The notes beneath the pieces were generated by a model. It ran no database searches, was not told where the DNA came from, and was given only the letters and a program-made list of their open reading frames with translations. From an uncultured Pelagibacteraceae bacterium (GTDB lineage: Bacteria > Pseudomonadota > Alphaproteobacteria > Pelagibacterales > Pelagibacteraceae): DNA of 64,000 nt. How positions within the stretch are numbered: position 1 is the stretch's first letter; each line of letters begins with the position of its first letter. The position numbers and the translations under genes are program-made. Positions 30,009 through 39,583 of the stretch are shown piece after piece. The stretch spans positions 5,444-69,443 of the forward strand of contig CACIKE010000004.1 of the NCBI GenBank assembly GCA_902587155.1. Direction: 5' to 3'.

Positions 30009-30127
30009 TGTAAATCCATAGGCCAGTTATCTTTACAATTATATCGATCTAACTCTTTTTTTGTTATTGGCCTAAACAAAACCCAAGCAATAACAATTAC
30101 TAAAGATAATAATATTAATGTTTTCAC
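30005..30127 (-). CDS. Small single-TM protein, 40 aa (GTG start)
   Basis: MKTLILLSLVIVIAWVLFRPITKKELDRYNCKDNWPMDLH; begins 2 nt after the upstream gene's stop. Confidence 0.55.
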   Translation of the reverse strand: MKTLILLSLVIVIAWVLFRPITKKELDRYNCKDNWPMDLH

Positions 30128-30129
30128 TT

Positions 30130-30900
30130 TTATCTTATCGTTGTCTTAACAGAACCGAGCTTATCGATTTTACCTTGATAAAGACCTTTACCTATCGGAA
30201 CAACTCCTACAGTTGAACCAGTAAATACATAAAAATTTTTATTCAAATTAACTTTATCTTTTTTTAATTTATTTAAAACAAACCTTAATGAGTTTAAAGG
30301 ATTAATAAAAACAGCACTAGTATTACCATTAATATTTTGCTTTGTTTTTTGGTTTGAAATATTTGTTTTTAAATTTCCAATATTAATTTTTTTAAATTTT
30401 TTCTTTTGACCTATCAAAAATTTTACATTAGCTCCAAAATCACTACATAAATCTCCAAATGAAGTTATTCCCTTTTTTCTTTGTCTATAACCAACGATTT
30501 CGATACAAGGTGCCATATGAGAAATAAATTTCGAAATATTCTTCATCGTAATTGCACCCTTTGAATAAAAAAAAGATCTTTTAATCAGATAGCAAACCTC
30601 TAACTCAATGCCGAAAGTTGTTTTACTTATCTTGACACTTTTACCACTTTTTAAAAAATTATTTTTATAAACGGAAGCATAAAATGGCTCTTTCTCTTTT
30701 AACTTTTTCATCACTGGAATTCCAGTCCCTCCAGCTTTGTAACCAATTATAGGTTTTTTAACTTTACTTTCACAAAGCATTCTAAATTTGTTTGCCTCAG
30801 TCAGTTTTTTTGTAAACTTTCTAGGTAATGGTGCGATAATTTTATTTTTAAGAAAAGCTTTTACTAATTTATCTGAAGTTCTTTCTATTAATGTGCTCAT
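30130..30900 (-). CDS. Fumarylacetoacetate-hydrolase superfamily, 2-keto-4-pentenoate hydratase-like
   Basis: GYKAGGT, IELEV, PCIEIV, SDFGAN, NPLNSL, FTGS. Confidence 0.72.
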   Translation of the reverse strand: MSTLIERTSDKLVKAFLKNKIIAPLPRKFTKKLTEANKFRMLCESKVKKPIIGYKAGGTGIPVMKKLKEKEPFYASVYKNNFLKSGKSVKISKTTFGIELEVCYLIKRSFFYSKGAITMKNISKFISHMAPCIEIVGYRQRKKGITSFGDLCSDFGANVKFLIGQKKKFKKINIGNLKTNISNQKTKQNINGNTSAVFINPLNSLRFVLNKLKKDKVNLNKNFYVFTGSTVGVVPIGKGLYQGKIDKLGSVKTTIR

Positions 30901-30940
30901 ATTTTTGAATTATTTTTTTTATTTAATTATAAACTATATT

Positions 30941-31090
30941 TTATGATCCAAAGTTTATCAAACTAAAACCAGTAATAAAGAAGACTATCAACCAAACCAA
31001 ACCTTTTATTAAAAAAAAAGTAAATCCTCCAACTAGAATATATTTACCCCATTTACTCTTTGATAATAAATTTTTAAGCTTAGTCATCAT
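30941..31090 (-). CDS. Small membrane protein, 49 aa
   Basis: MMTKLKNLLSKSKWGKYILVGGFTFFLIKGLVWLIVFFITGFSLINFGS; in line with the minus-strand operon. Confidence 0.65.
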   Translation of the reverse strand: MMTKLKNLLSKSKWGKYILVGGFTFFLIKGLVWLIVFFITGFSLINFGS

Positions 31091-31104
31091 TTAAATAAAA
31101 TTTG

Positions 31105-31908
31105 CTAATTCAATAAAGACATTGGATCAAGTCTAGTTTGAAACCAATTTACCCTAAAATCTAGATGAGGGCCTGTAGATCTTCCTGTTGATCCAACTGT
31201 ACCAATGATATCTCCTTGATTAATTTGGTCACCAACAGATACCATCACATTTTCTAGATGAGAGTAAATTGTTGAAATCCCGTGTCCATGATCCATTATA
31301 ATTGTACCGCCAGTATAATAAAGATCATCCTCGGCCATTGTTACAACTCCAGATGCTGATGATTTAATCATTGTTCCTTTTTTTGCTGCTATATCAATTC
31401 CATAGTGAGGCCACTTTGGTTTACCATTTAAAATTCTCTGGCTTCCGTAAACACCACTAATAATTCCTTTTACAGGCATAATGAATTGGTTTTTAAAAAA
31501 AGGTAAATCAGAATTGATAGCTCTAGCTTTTCCAATTCTGTTGTTTTCTTCTTTTATTCTTTTGTAAACTGACTCAGGTGGCGTAACTTTACTTTCTTCT
31601 AAGCCATCTATTCTTTGAATGTTATATTTTCTTTTAAGAACTTTTTTAATTATTTTTTCACTTTTTCCGTTTGTTATTTTAGTAATAGTTAAATCAAATT
31701 TTCTATCTCTATCAATACCAAAAGCAAAATAACCATCTTTAGAAACTTTCACTTCTTTTTTATCTATAATTATTTTAGAAGAGGGGTCAGTTATTCCTAT
31801 GATATAATGACCCTGTAAAAATTTTCCTTTAAATTCGATAGCATTTGAATAAGTTGAAATAAAAAAGATTATTAAAAAAAATAATCTTGGTATTATTTTG
31901 CAGTCCAT
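31105..31908 (-). CDS. M23 family metallopeptidase
   Basis: HYGIDIA (HxxxD), DHGHG, YSHL, STGPHLD; N-terminal signal. Confidence 0.92.
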   Translation of the reverse strand: MDCKIIPRLFFLIIFFISTYSNAIEFKGKFLQGHYIIGITDPSSKIIIDKKEVKVSKDGYFAFGIDRDRKFDLTITKITNGKSEKIIKKVLKRKYNIQRIDGLEESKVTPPESVYKRIKEENNRIGKARAINSDLPFFKNQFIMPVKGIISGVYGSQRILNGKPKWPHYGIDIAAKKGTMIKSSASGVVTMAEDDLYYTGGTIIMDHGHGISTIYSHLENVMVSVGDQINQGDIIGTVGSTGRSTGPHLDFRVNWFQTRLDPMSLLN

Positions 31909-32663
31909 CCGCCATCAACTAATAAAGAGGTTCCAGTAATCATTGACGCTGCATCAGATGCAAGAAATACAGCTGCACTTGCTACATCTGAAAGTTCAGC
32001 AAATTTTCCCAATGGAATATTACCCAAAACCTCTTTTTTAAACTTTTTACTTTTCAAAAATTTACTTGTCATTGGAGTAACAACAAAAGTTGGGCAAACA
32101 GTATTTACCCTTATGTTATATTTAGCTAGATCAATCGACATTCCTTTTGTTAAGCCTTCTAAGCCAAATTTTGTCATATTATAAACACTTCTAATAGGAC
32201 CACCAACATGTCCCATTTGAGAAGACATATTTACAATCGCGCCGCCAATTTTTTTTCTATTTTTGAACTTAATCATTTTTAAAGCACATAATTGAGCAAG
32301 ATTAAAAGTTGCCATTGTGTTTATCTTAACCAAATACTCCATATTTTTTGTTTTAACTTTGGTAAAATGTTCTGGAATATTATTGCCTGCATTGTTAATT
32401 AGTATGTCTATTTTCGTCTGCTTGTTAATTATTTCTTTAATTTGATTGTAATTTGTAATGTCACATACATAAGATTTACATTTAGACTTTATTTTTTTAA
32501 TCTTTTTTGAAACTTCATCTAAATCTTTTTTTGTTCTACTTATGATGATCAAATTCGCACCAGCTTCAGCAAGTGCTATAGCACATGCTCTACCAAGTCC
32601 TTTTCCAGCTCCAGTTACTACTGCAGTTTTATTCTTTAAATTGTAGTTTTTAAGATACATCAT
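31893..32663 (-). CDS. SDR oxidoreductase resembling HpsO (DHPS 2-dehydrogenase) subfamily
   Basis: TGAGKGLG, NNAG, SSQMGHVGG, YNMTK, VCPTF, DGGWTA; the subfamily call rests on recalled motifs plus context. Confidence 0.75.
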   Translation of the reverse strand: MMYLKNYNLKNKTAVVTGAGKGLGRACAIALAEAGANLIIISRTKKDLDEVSKKIKKIKSKCKSYVCDITNYNQIKEIINKQTKIDILINNAGNNIPEHFTKVKTKNMEYLVKINTMATFNLAQLCALKMIKFKNRKKIGGAIVNMSSQMGHVGGPIRSVYNMTKFGLEGLTKGMSIDLAKYNIRVNTVCPTFVVTPMTSKFLKSKKFKKEVLGNIPLGKFAELSDVASAAVFLASDAASMITGTSLLVDGGWTAK

Positions 32664-33253
32664 AAAAATAATATTTTAATATCAGTATAAATCAATTCAA
32701 TAGCAACAATTAAAATTGCCAATAATCCTGCCCAAGCAATCCATTTATATTTTTTTATCCAATTTGATATTAATGTTGCTGCTGTTGCCATCAGCACAAT
32801 TGATAAAACAAGACCAAAAATTAATAAGTAATAATGGTCCCCCGCTGCTCCTGCAACACCTAAAACATTATCTAAACTCATGGTAAAATCAGCTAATAAG
32901 ATTGTCCAAATAGCTTTAAGGAAACTGGAATTATCTACCTTTATATCACTTTCGTGATCAGAACCTTTAATGACATCTATATAAAGTTTGTAGACAATAT
33001 AGAGAAGAAGAATACCTCCAATTAACCTCAAACCTGTAATTTGTAATAAATAAGCAGTCAATAAAGTTAAGATTATCCTTAAGACAACTGCTCCACCTAT
33101 TCCCCAAAAAATAATTTTTCGTCTTTGTTCTAAAGGAAATTTTGATGCAACCATTCCAATTATGATTGCATTATCTCCTGCTAAAACAAGATCAATTAAA
33201 ATGATTTGTGTTAAAATTGTAATTTGTTCTGGAGTAATAAAATCAGAGAGCAT
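32660..33253 (-). CDS. TerC-family (YjbE-type) membrane protein
   Basis: IDLVLAGDNAIIIG, ADFTMSLDNVLGVAGAA. Confidence 0.9.
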   Translation of the reverse strand: MLSDFITPEQITILTQIILIDLVLAGDNAIIIGMVASKFPLEQRRKIIFWGIGGAVVLRIILTLLTAYLLQITGLRLIGGILLLYIVYKLYIDVIKGSDHESDIKVDNSSFLKAIWTILLADFTMSLDNVLGVAGAAGDHYYLLIFGLVLSIVLMATAATLISNWIKKYKWIAWAGLLAILIVAIELIYTDIKILFL

Positions 33254-34848
33254 TAACTTCTAAGTATCATATCAGCACCTTTTTCGGCAATCATTATTGT
33301 AGGTGCATTAGTATTACCCGAAGTTATATTAGGCATTATTGATGCATCAATTACTCTTAAATTATTTAAACCCTTTACTTTAAGCGTCTCATCAACTACC
33401 GCCATATCATCTTGTCCCATTTTACATGTGCCAACTGGATGAAAAATAGTTTGTGCATAATTTGATCCAGCTTTTACAAGTTCTTCATCATCATTAATAT
33501 CAATACCCGGTCTATATTCTTCTGGTTTATATTTTTTAAAAGTTTCAGACTCCATTACTATTTTCCTTGTAAGTCTCAAACCTTTTGCAGCAACCATACG
33601 ATCATGGTCAGTTGAAAGATAGTTGAGTTTTACCTTTGCATAAATTCTTGAGTCTTTATTAATAATATTTACGTGACCTCTACTTGTTGGTCTTATATTT
33701 GATACAGTAGGTGTGAATGCATGAAAGTCATGGTTTTTTGTAGCACCTAAAGTGTCCATACTCATTGGTTGCACGTGCCATTGAAGATCTGGCAATTCTA
33801 AAGAAGGATCACTCTTTGCAAACATACACATTTGACTAGCACCCATTGTCATTGGTCCACTCCTATTAAAAACATACTCTAGACCAATCATTAATTTACC
33901 AAATAAACTATTAACTTTTTTATTTAATGATTTAAGTCCATTAACTTTGTAAATTGGTCTGAACATTAAATGATCTTGTAAATTTTCTCCAACTCCCTTT
34001 AGTTCATGCACCATAGTTACACCAAGGTCTTTTAATTTTTCTGAATTTCCTATCCCTGAAGTTTGCAAAATCTGAGGTGATCCAATTGACCCAGATGAGA
34101 GTATTATTTCTTTGTTAGCTGCAACCTTTTTCAGAGCATTTTCTTGCCAGTACTCAATATTTTTAGCAGTTTTATTTTCAAAATTTATTTTTTTTACATG
34201 AGCATGAGTAATAATCTTTAAATTTTTTCTATTTTTAATTGGGTTTAAATATCCAACTGCAGTACTACACCTAAATCCATCTTTCTCAGTTACTTGAAAG
34301 TATCCACACCCATGATTATCACCAGTATTAAAATCTTTCGTTTTTGGAATACCAAATTCTTCTGCTGCATTTTGAAATTCATTTAACAGCGGTAATTGAA
34401 TTCTTTGATCTGAAACAGACAAAGGCCCTCCAACACCATGGTAATCATCTTTACCACGTTCTTGATCTTCAGCTTTGATAAAGTAAGGCAGAACATCATC
34501 CCAACCCCAACCAGTATTACCCAGTTGACGCCAAACATCATAATCTCTACTTTGACCTCTTATATATAGCAAACCATTAATAGCTGAGCTTCCTCCTAAA
34601 GTTTTCCCTCTAGGATAACGAATTGATCGATTATTCATTGTTTCATCAGGTTCAGTTTTGTAACACCAATCAACTGAAGGATTATGCATAGTTTTAAAAT
34701 AACCAACTGGTATGTGTATCCAAGGATAATTATCTTTACCGCCAGCCTCAATTAAGAGAACTTTATTTTTTGGATTTTCAGATAATCTATTAGCCAAAAC
34801 ACATCCAGCAGATCCAGCTCCTAAAATTATAAAATCAAAGTTTTCCAT
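33253..34848 (-). CDS. GMC flavoprotein oxidoreductase (choline dehydrogenase-like; candidate isethionate dehydrogenase)
   Basis: GAGSAGC, RGKTLGGSSAING, GENLQDH, FHPVGTCKMG, SGNTNAPT. Confidence 0.88.
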   Translation of the reverse strand: MENFDFIILGAGSAGCVLANRLSENPKNKVLLIEAGGKDNYPWIHIPVGYFKTMHNPSVDWCYKTEPDETMNNRSIRYPRGKTLGGSSAINGLLYIRGQSRDYDVWRQLGNTGWGWDDVLPYFIKAEDQERGKDDYHGVGGPLSVSDQRIQLPLLNEFQNAAEEFGIPKTKDFNTGDNHGCGYFQVTEKDGFRCSTAVGYLNPIKNRKNLKIITHAHVKKINFENKTAKNIEYWQENALKKVAANKEIILSSGSIGSPQILQTSGIGNSEKLKDLGVTMVHELKGVGENLQDHLMFRPIYKVNGLKSLNKKVNSLFGKLMIGLEYVFNRSGPMTMGASQMCMFAKSDPSLELPDLQWHVQPMSMDTLGATKNHDFHAFTPTVSNIRPTSRGHVNIINKDSRIYAKVKLNYLSTDHDRMVAAKGLRLTRKIVMESETFKKYKPEEYRPGIDINDDEELVKAGSNYAQTIFHPVGTCKMGQDDMAVVDETLKVKGLNNLRVIDASIMPNITSGNTNAPTIMIAEKGADMILRS

Positions 34849-34981
34849 CTATAGTTGAAAAGTTATTTTTATAAATCTCATTTGTTCATCTTTACACTCA
34901 TATTAATCAATTGTCACTTGTACGACCTTTGTTTTTCTGATTGTATGTTGTCGTTAAATTTAACTAACAAGAGGAAATATA

Positions 34982-36076
34982 ATGAAAAAAATCATTTCAA
35001 TGTTGTTTGCAACTGTTTTGGTACTTGGATTTGCATCTAGTGCTAACGCTGCAAAAACACTAAAATGTCAGACAGTTCTTAACACTAAAGCTGATGAAGT
35101 TAAAATGTTAAAGGACTTTACTGATACAGTAACAGAACTTACATCTGGTTCGTTAAAATTTGAAATTTTACCAGCAGGTGCAGTTGTGGGAGTTAAAGAA
35201 ACTCTAGATGCTGTTGATAAAGGATTGATTGATTGTGGTTTCGCATGGACACACTATTGGTCAGGTGATCACCCTGCTGCTATGTTATTTGGTTCGCCAG
35301 TAGCTGGTGGTGGAGTTGGTATCGACAACTTAGCGTTTCTATCATGGTTTCAATATGGTGGTGGTAAAGAATTATACGATCAACTTTGGAAAGAAATGGG
35401 AAGAGATATCAAAGGATTTATGCTTCAACCAGTTGGTCCAGAAGCTTTAGGTTGGTTTCCAAAACCAATTAAAGATATGGCTGACTTTAGAAAATATAAG
35501 TTCAGAACTCCTCCAGGAATTCCAGGACAAACATACAAAGACATTGGTATAGCATCTGTTGCAATGGGTGGTGGAGATATTCTACCAGCTCTTGAGGCAG
35601 GAACTATTGATGCTGCTGAGTGGTGTTGTCCTAAACCAGACTTAACATTTGGTTTCCAAAAAGTATTAAAGCACTATTACCTACAAGGTTTACACCAAGT
35701 AGTAGTAAATGCTGACTTTTACATTACTGGAAAAACTTATAATGCTATGAGTGCTCATGAGAAAAAGTCTCTTGAAGTTGCAGCTAATGCTTCATTAGCT
35801 AAATCTTTAAGTTACAGAATTTATGAAAATGGAAAAGCATTACAAGAACTTACTACTAAACATGGGGTAAAATTAGAAGATACTCCATCAGACTACTTTA
35901 CAGAGTACATGGCAGCTGCAAAAGCTACATTGAATAAAAACGCAGAGAAGAACAAATTCTTCAATGAAGTTTATACTTCAATGAAAAACTTTGCTGATGT
36001 TGCTGTTCCTTTCTGGAGCGGTGCTCAAATGTCTAATGCGAAGCTAGGAATGGCTCACGCTGCAACATTAAAGTAA
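34982..36076 (+). CDS. TRAP substrate-binding protein (DctP/TakP-like)
   Basis: Signal peptide, LPAGAVV, KFRTPPG, GTIDAAEW; GAGG RBS. Confidence 0.9.
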   Translation: MKKIISMLFATVLVLGFASSANAAKTLKCQTVLNTKADEVKMLKDFTDTVTELTSGSLKFEILPAGAVVGVKETLDAVDKGLIDCGFAWTHYWSGDHPAAMLFGSPVAGGGVGIDNLAFLSWFQYGGGKELYDQLWKEMGRDIKGFMLQPVGPEALGWFPKPIKDMADFRKYKFRTPPGIPGQTYKDIGIASVAMGGGDILPALEAGTIDAAEWCCPKPDLTFGFQKVLKHYYLQGLHQVVVNADFYITGKTYNAMSAHEKKSLEVAANASLAKSLSYRIYENGKALQELTTKHGVKLEDTPSDYFTEYMAAAKATLNKNAEKNKFFNEVYTSMKNFADVAVPFWSGAQMSNAKLGMAHAATLK

Positions 36077-36097
36077 TCAGTAATTAATCTTGATTTT

Positions 36098-36133
36098 TTA
36101 GAGCGGACTTTTACAGTCCGCTCTAATTTTTTT
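36098..36133 (+). terminator. Hairpin/partial terminator between dctP and dctQ
   Basis: TTAGAGCGGACT/AGTCCGCTCTAA stem plus T run. Confidence 0.7.
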
Positions 36134-36145
36134 AACTAGAATTTT

Positions 36146-36763
36146 ATGGCAGAAGAACCTGTTAAACTAGATATCTCAGATGAAATGATTGCCGAAAGGC
36201 GAGGTGGATCAGGAAAAATGCCAACTGATATGCCATCATGGATGGCAAAATCTATTATTAATATTGATAAATTTAGTAAGTGGATTGGTAATATTGTTTG
36301 TTGGATATTGATGCCACTAATATTTGCAATGACTTATGAAGTTCTTGCAAGAAAACTTTTTTTAGCGCCCACAATTTGGGCTTATGACATTAGCCGTTTC
36401 CTTTACGGGGCGTTGTTTATGTTAGGAGCTGGTTACGCGCTTTCTCGAGGTGTACACATCAGAGCAGATTTTTTATATAGAAATTTCAAAACAAAAACTC
36501 AAGGTTTGATAGATTTTTGGCTATATCTATTATTTTATTTTCCTGGTCTTTTGGTTTTTCTTTACATGACAATTGGGTTTGTAGAAGAGTCTGTTAGAAG
36601 AGGTGAAAGAGGTATGGATACTACATGGATGCCTTTCATGTGGCCTATAAAAACTTGTTTATTAGTCGGAATTATTTTTTTACTTATTCAAGGTTTCTCA
36701 GAATTACTTAAAAGTTATTGGGCAGCTAAAAAAGGTGAGTGGCCAGGAGAGGATAAAAAATAA
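36146..36763 (+). CDS. TRAP small permease DctQ
   Basis: 4 TM, YEVLAR, PTIWAYD, HIRAD. Confidence 0.9.
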   Translation: MAEEPVKLDISDEMIAERRGGSGKMPTDMPSWMAKSIINIDKFSKWIGNIVCWILMPLIFAMTYEVLARKLFLAPTIWAYDISRFLYGALFMLGAGYALSRGVHIRADFLYRNFKTKTQGLIDFWLYLLFYFPGLLVFLYMTIGFVEESVRRGERGMDTTWMPFMWPIKTCLLVGIIFLLIQGFSELLKSYWAAKKGEWPGEDKK

Positions 36764-38097
36764 TGATAGCTGAGTTAATTGATCCAGCAATTTTAGGCTT
36801 TATTCTCGTTGGTGTAATGCTTTTTGCAATTTTTGTAGGGTTTCCAATTTCATTCACTTTGATATTTTTAGGATTTGTTTTTGGATACCTTGGTTTTGGA
36901 AAATTAGTTTTTTATTTGATGACACTTCAATTTTCCATGGTAATGACTGAGCAAACTCTTGCTGCCGTGCCACTCTTTGTGTTTATGGGGATAATGATGG
37001 AACAAGCTGGATTAATGGAAAGATTATTTTCAGCTTTTCAATTAATGTTAGCAAAAGTTAAGGGTTCGCTATATTACGCAGTTTTGTTTGTCTCAGTAAT
37101 TTTTGCTGCAGCCACAGGTATTGTAGGTGCATCAGTAACTATTCTTGGTATCATGGCTGCTAAATCAATGAATAGATCAGGTTATGACGTTAAGCTAGCA
37201 GCAGGTACGATCACTGCAGGTGGAACCCTGGGTATTTTAATTCCTCCAAGCATTATGCTTGTTGTCATGGGTCCTATAATGGAAATCCCAGTTATAGATT
37301 TATTTGCTGCCGCAATCTTACCAGGAATACTTCTTGCAAGTTTATATGCAGCTTACACAACAATAAGATGTATGATTAATCCCAAGTTAGGACCAGTATT
37401 ACCTGATGATATGCGAGCTGCCAGTATGAAAGAAGTTTGGGTCGAGTTTTTCCTTGGCCTGGTTCCTCCTGCGGCCTTAGTTTTTGCAGCTTTGGGAAGT
37501 ATATTATTTGGATTTGCGACTCCAACAGAAGCAGCAGGATGTGGTGCTATGGGAGCATTACTTCTCTCTTTAGCTTATAAAAAATTATCACTGTCTAAAT
37601 TACAAGAAGCTTTGGTAAAAACTTTAGAAATAACAGCTTTAATTATGGTTTTAGTTGCAGCTTCAAATTTCTTTGGTGCAGTTTTTGCAAGACTAGGAAC
37701 ACCAACTTTGCTAACCGAATTTTTATTAGGACTAGAAATGAACAAGTATTTAATTCTAGCAATGATAATGGTTATGATCTTTTTATTAGGCTGGCCATTA
37801 GAATGGGTTCCGATTGTAATGATAATAGTGCCAATTATATTGCCATTAGTAGAAGCATTAGGATTTAATTTGACTTGGTTTGCAATATTAGTTGCAGTGA
37901 ATCTGCAAACCGCCTGGCTTTCTCCACCAGTAGCTTTATCTGCTTATTTTTTAAAAGGAGTTGTTCCAGAATGGGATCTTAAAGACATCTATTACGGAAT
38001 GATGCAATTTATGGTCTTACAAGTCATCGGTTTAGTATTAATTATAATATTTCCTAAAATTGCTCTTTGGTTACCAACTCTCTTATATGGACAGTAG
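36763..38097 (+). CDS. TRAP large permease DctM
   Basis: AVPLFVFMG, GTLGILIPPS, TPTEAA, QTAWLSPP. Confidence 0.93.
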   Translation: MIAELIDPAILGFILVGVMLFAIFVGFPISFTLIFLGFVFGYLGFGKLVFYLMTLQFSMVMTEQTLAAVPLFVFMGIMMEQAGLMERLFSAFQLMLAKVKGSLYYAVLFVSVIFAAATGIVGASVTILGIMAAKSMNRSGYDVKLAAGTITAGGTLGILIPPSIMLVVMGPIMEIPVIDLFAAAILPGILLASLYAAYTTIRCMINPKLGPVLPDDMRAASMKEVWVEFFLGLVPPAALVFAALGSILFGFATPTEAAGCGAMGALLLSLAYKKLSLSKLQEALVKTLEITALIMVLVAASNFFGAVFARLGTPTLLTEFLLGLEMNKYLILAMIMVMIFLLGWPLEWVPIVMIIVPIILPLVEALGFNLTWFAILVAVNLQTAWLSPPVALSAYFLKGVVPEWDLKDIYYGMMQFMVLQVIGLVLIIIFPKIALWLPTLLYGQ

Positions 38098-38122
38098 AAA
38101 CTTTAAGTTTTATATTGTCTAA

Positions 38123-39580
38123 GTGAGTCCTCAAAATTTAAAAAAAAACCTTACTAATTGGGATTTAGTTTCAGTTAATCCTAATGATAAAAATTGGGAT
38201 TGGAAAGTTTTATTTTGTTTTTGGGGGGTAAATATTCAAAGTGTAATTGGTTTTTCATTAATCACCTCTTTATATATAATTTATAATCTTAATACCTTTG
38301 TTGTATTTTTTGGAACGATATTAGGAACATTTCTAGTTTATCTTTTTTCAAACTGGATAGGAAAACCATCTCTAAAACACGGACTGCCTTTTATTGTCCT
38401 ATTGCGATCCTCAATGGGAGTAATTGGTGCAAAATACTTTGGTTTAATAAGATTTTTAGTTGGTGTTTTTTTATTTGGTATTCAAACATATTTTTTATCA
38501 AAAGCATTTAGTTACTTAATAAGAATAGCAATCTTTTCTGTGGAGCCTGCAATACTTGATAAACAAATATTTCTTACATTCTTTTTAGGAATGAATTTAA
38601 TTGATTGGTTTGCAATTATCACAGCAATAATTTTTCAAGGATTTTTATTTAGCGTGGGGATGAATATGAATAAAAAGATTATAATTTTTTCAGCTATTAC
38701 TGTTTATCTTGGAATTTTATTATTTTTTTTATCTGTATTACTTAATGACGTTAAATTTACCACACAAGCATTTTTAGGATTATTAACTACAGAAAATTTT
38801 CTTGATAAAAATAATTTTGGACCATTAATTACAGTGACGAGCACAGTTTTTGCATATTTTTCAATTGTAATTTTAAGTTTCGGAGATTTCTCAAGATATG
38901 TAAAAAATGAAAGTCAACTTAAAAAAGGAAATCTAAGTTTAATTTTAAACTTAATAATCTTTTCTTTTTCTGCTTTATTTATAGTTTCGGGAATGGATGC
39001 TTTTTTAAAACAAGATCCTGAAAATTTAACTAGAATACTTACAAATCCTACGGACATAATTGGAAAATTAGATGATTTATTTTTGATTGTTTTAGCGTTA
39101 ATTTTCATAATTATTGCTTCCGCTTCAACAAATTTAATAGTTAATTTTATCCCATCTCAATACACTTTGATTAATTTTTTACCTTTTTCTTTATCTGTTA
39201 AAAGCGCAGGTTTTATAATCACTATCATAGGTTTTGTAGTAGGAATATTTTGGTTAACTTTTCTAAGTCAAGTTGGCGCTTTATCTTTTATTGATACATT
39301 TGGAGCTTTTTTTGGACCTCTTTTCGGAGTAATGATTTCTGATTTTTATTACATTCAAAAAGGCAAAATAAATAATAAAGATATTTATTCTTTAGAAAAT
39401 AATGGAATTTATTATTATAGTAGGGGATGGCATATAAAAGCAGTATACTCTGTAATTTTAGGATTTATCTTTTCGGCTTCAACTATTTGGAATACTAATT
39501 TAATGTTCCTTCAATCATTTTCCTGGATTATAGGAGCCTTTGTGGCGGCTTTTACTTACTTCTTGTTAGCCCGAAAATAA
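38123..39580 (+). CDS. NCS1 family nucleobase/allantoin:cation symporter
   Basis: About 12 TM, G.PF..LLRSSMG..GA, GDFSRY, STNLIVN, GPLFGVMISDFY; GTG start. Confidence 0.82.
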   Translation: MSPQNLKKNLTNWDLVSVNPNDKNWDWKVLFCFWGVNIQSVIGFSLITSLYIIYNLNTFVVFFGTILGTFLVYLFSNWIGKPSLKHGLPFIVLLRSSMGVIGAKYFGLIRFLVGVFLFGIQTYFLSKAFSYLIRIAIFSVEPAILDKQIFLTFFLGMNLIDWFAIITAIIFQGFLFSVGMNMNKKIIIFSAITVYLGILLFFLSVLLNDVKFTTQAFLGLLTTENFLDKNNFGPLITVTSTVFAYFSIVILSFGDFSRYVKNESQLKKGNLSLILNLIIFSFSALFIVSGMDAFLKQDPENLTRILTNPTDIIGKLDDLFLIVLALIFIIIASASTNLIVNFIPSQYTLINFLPFSLSVKSAGFIITIIGFVVGIFWLTFLSQVGALSFIDTFGAFFGPLFGVMISDFYYIQKGKINNKDIYSLENNGIYYYSRGWHIKAVYSVILGFIFSASTIWNTNLMFLQSFSWIIGAFVAAFTYFLLARK

Positions 39581-39583
39581 AAA

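Noticed and set aside
34855-35040. 61-aa TTG-start ORF overlapping dctP
   Set aside because: Occupies the divergent promoter region, overlaps dctP out of frame and has no motif support
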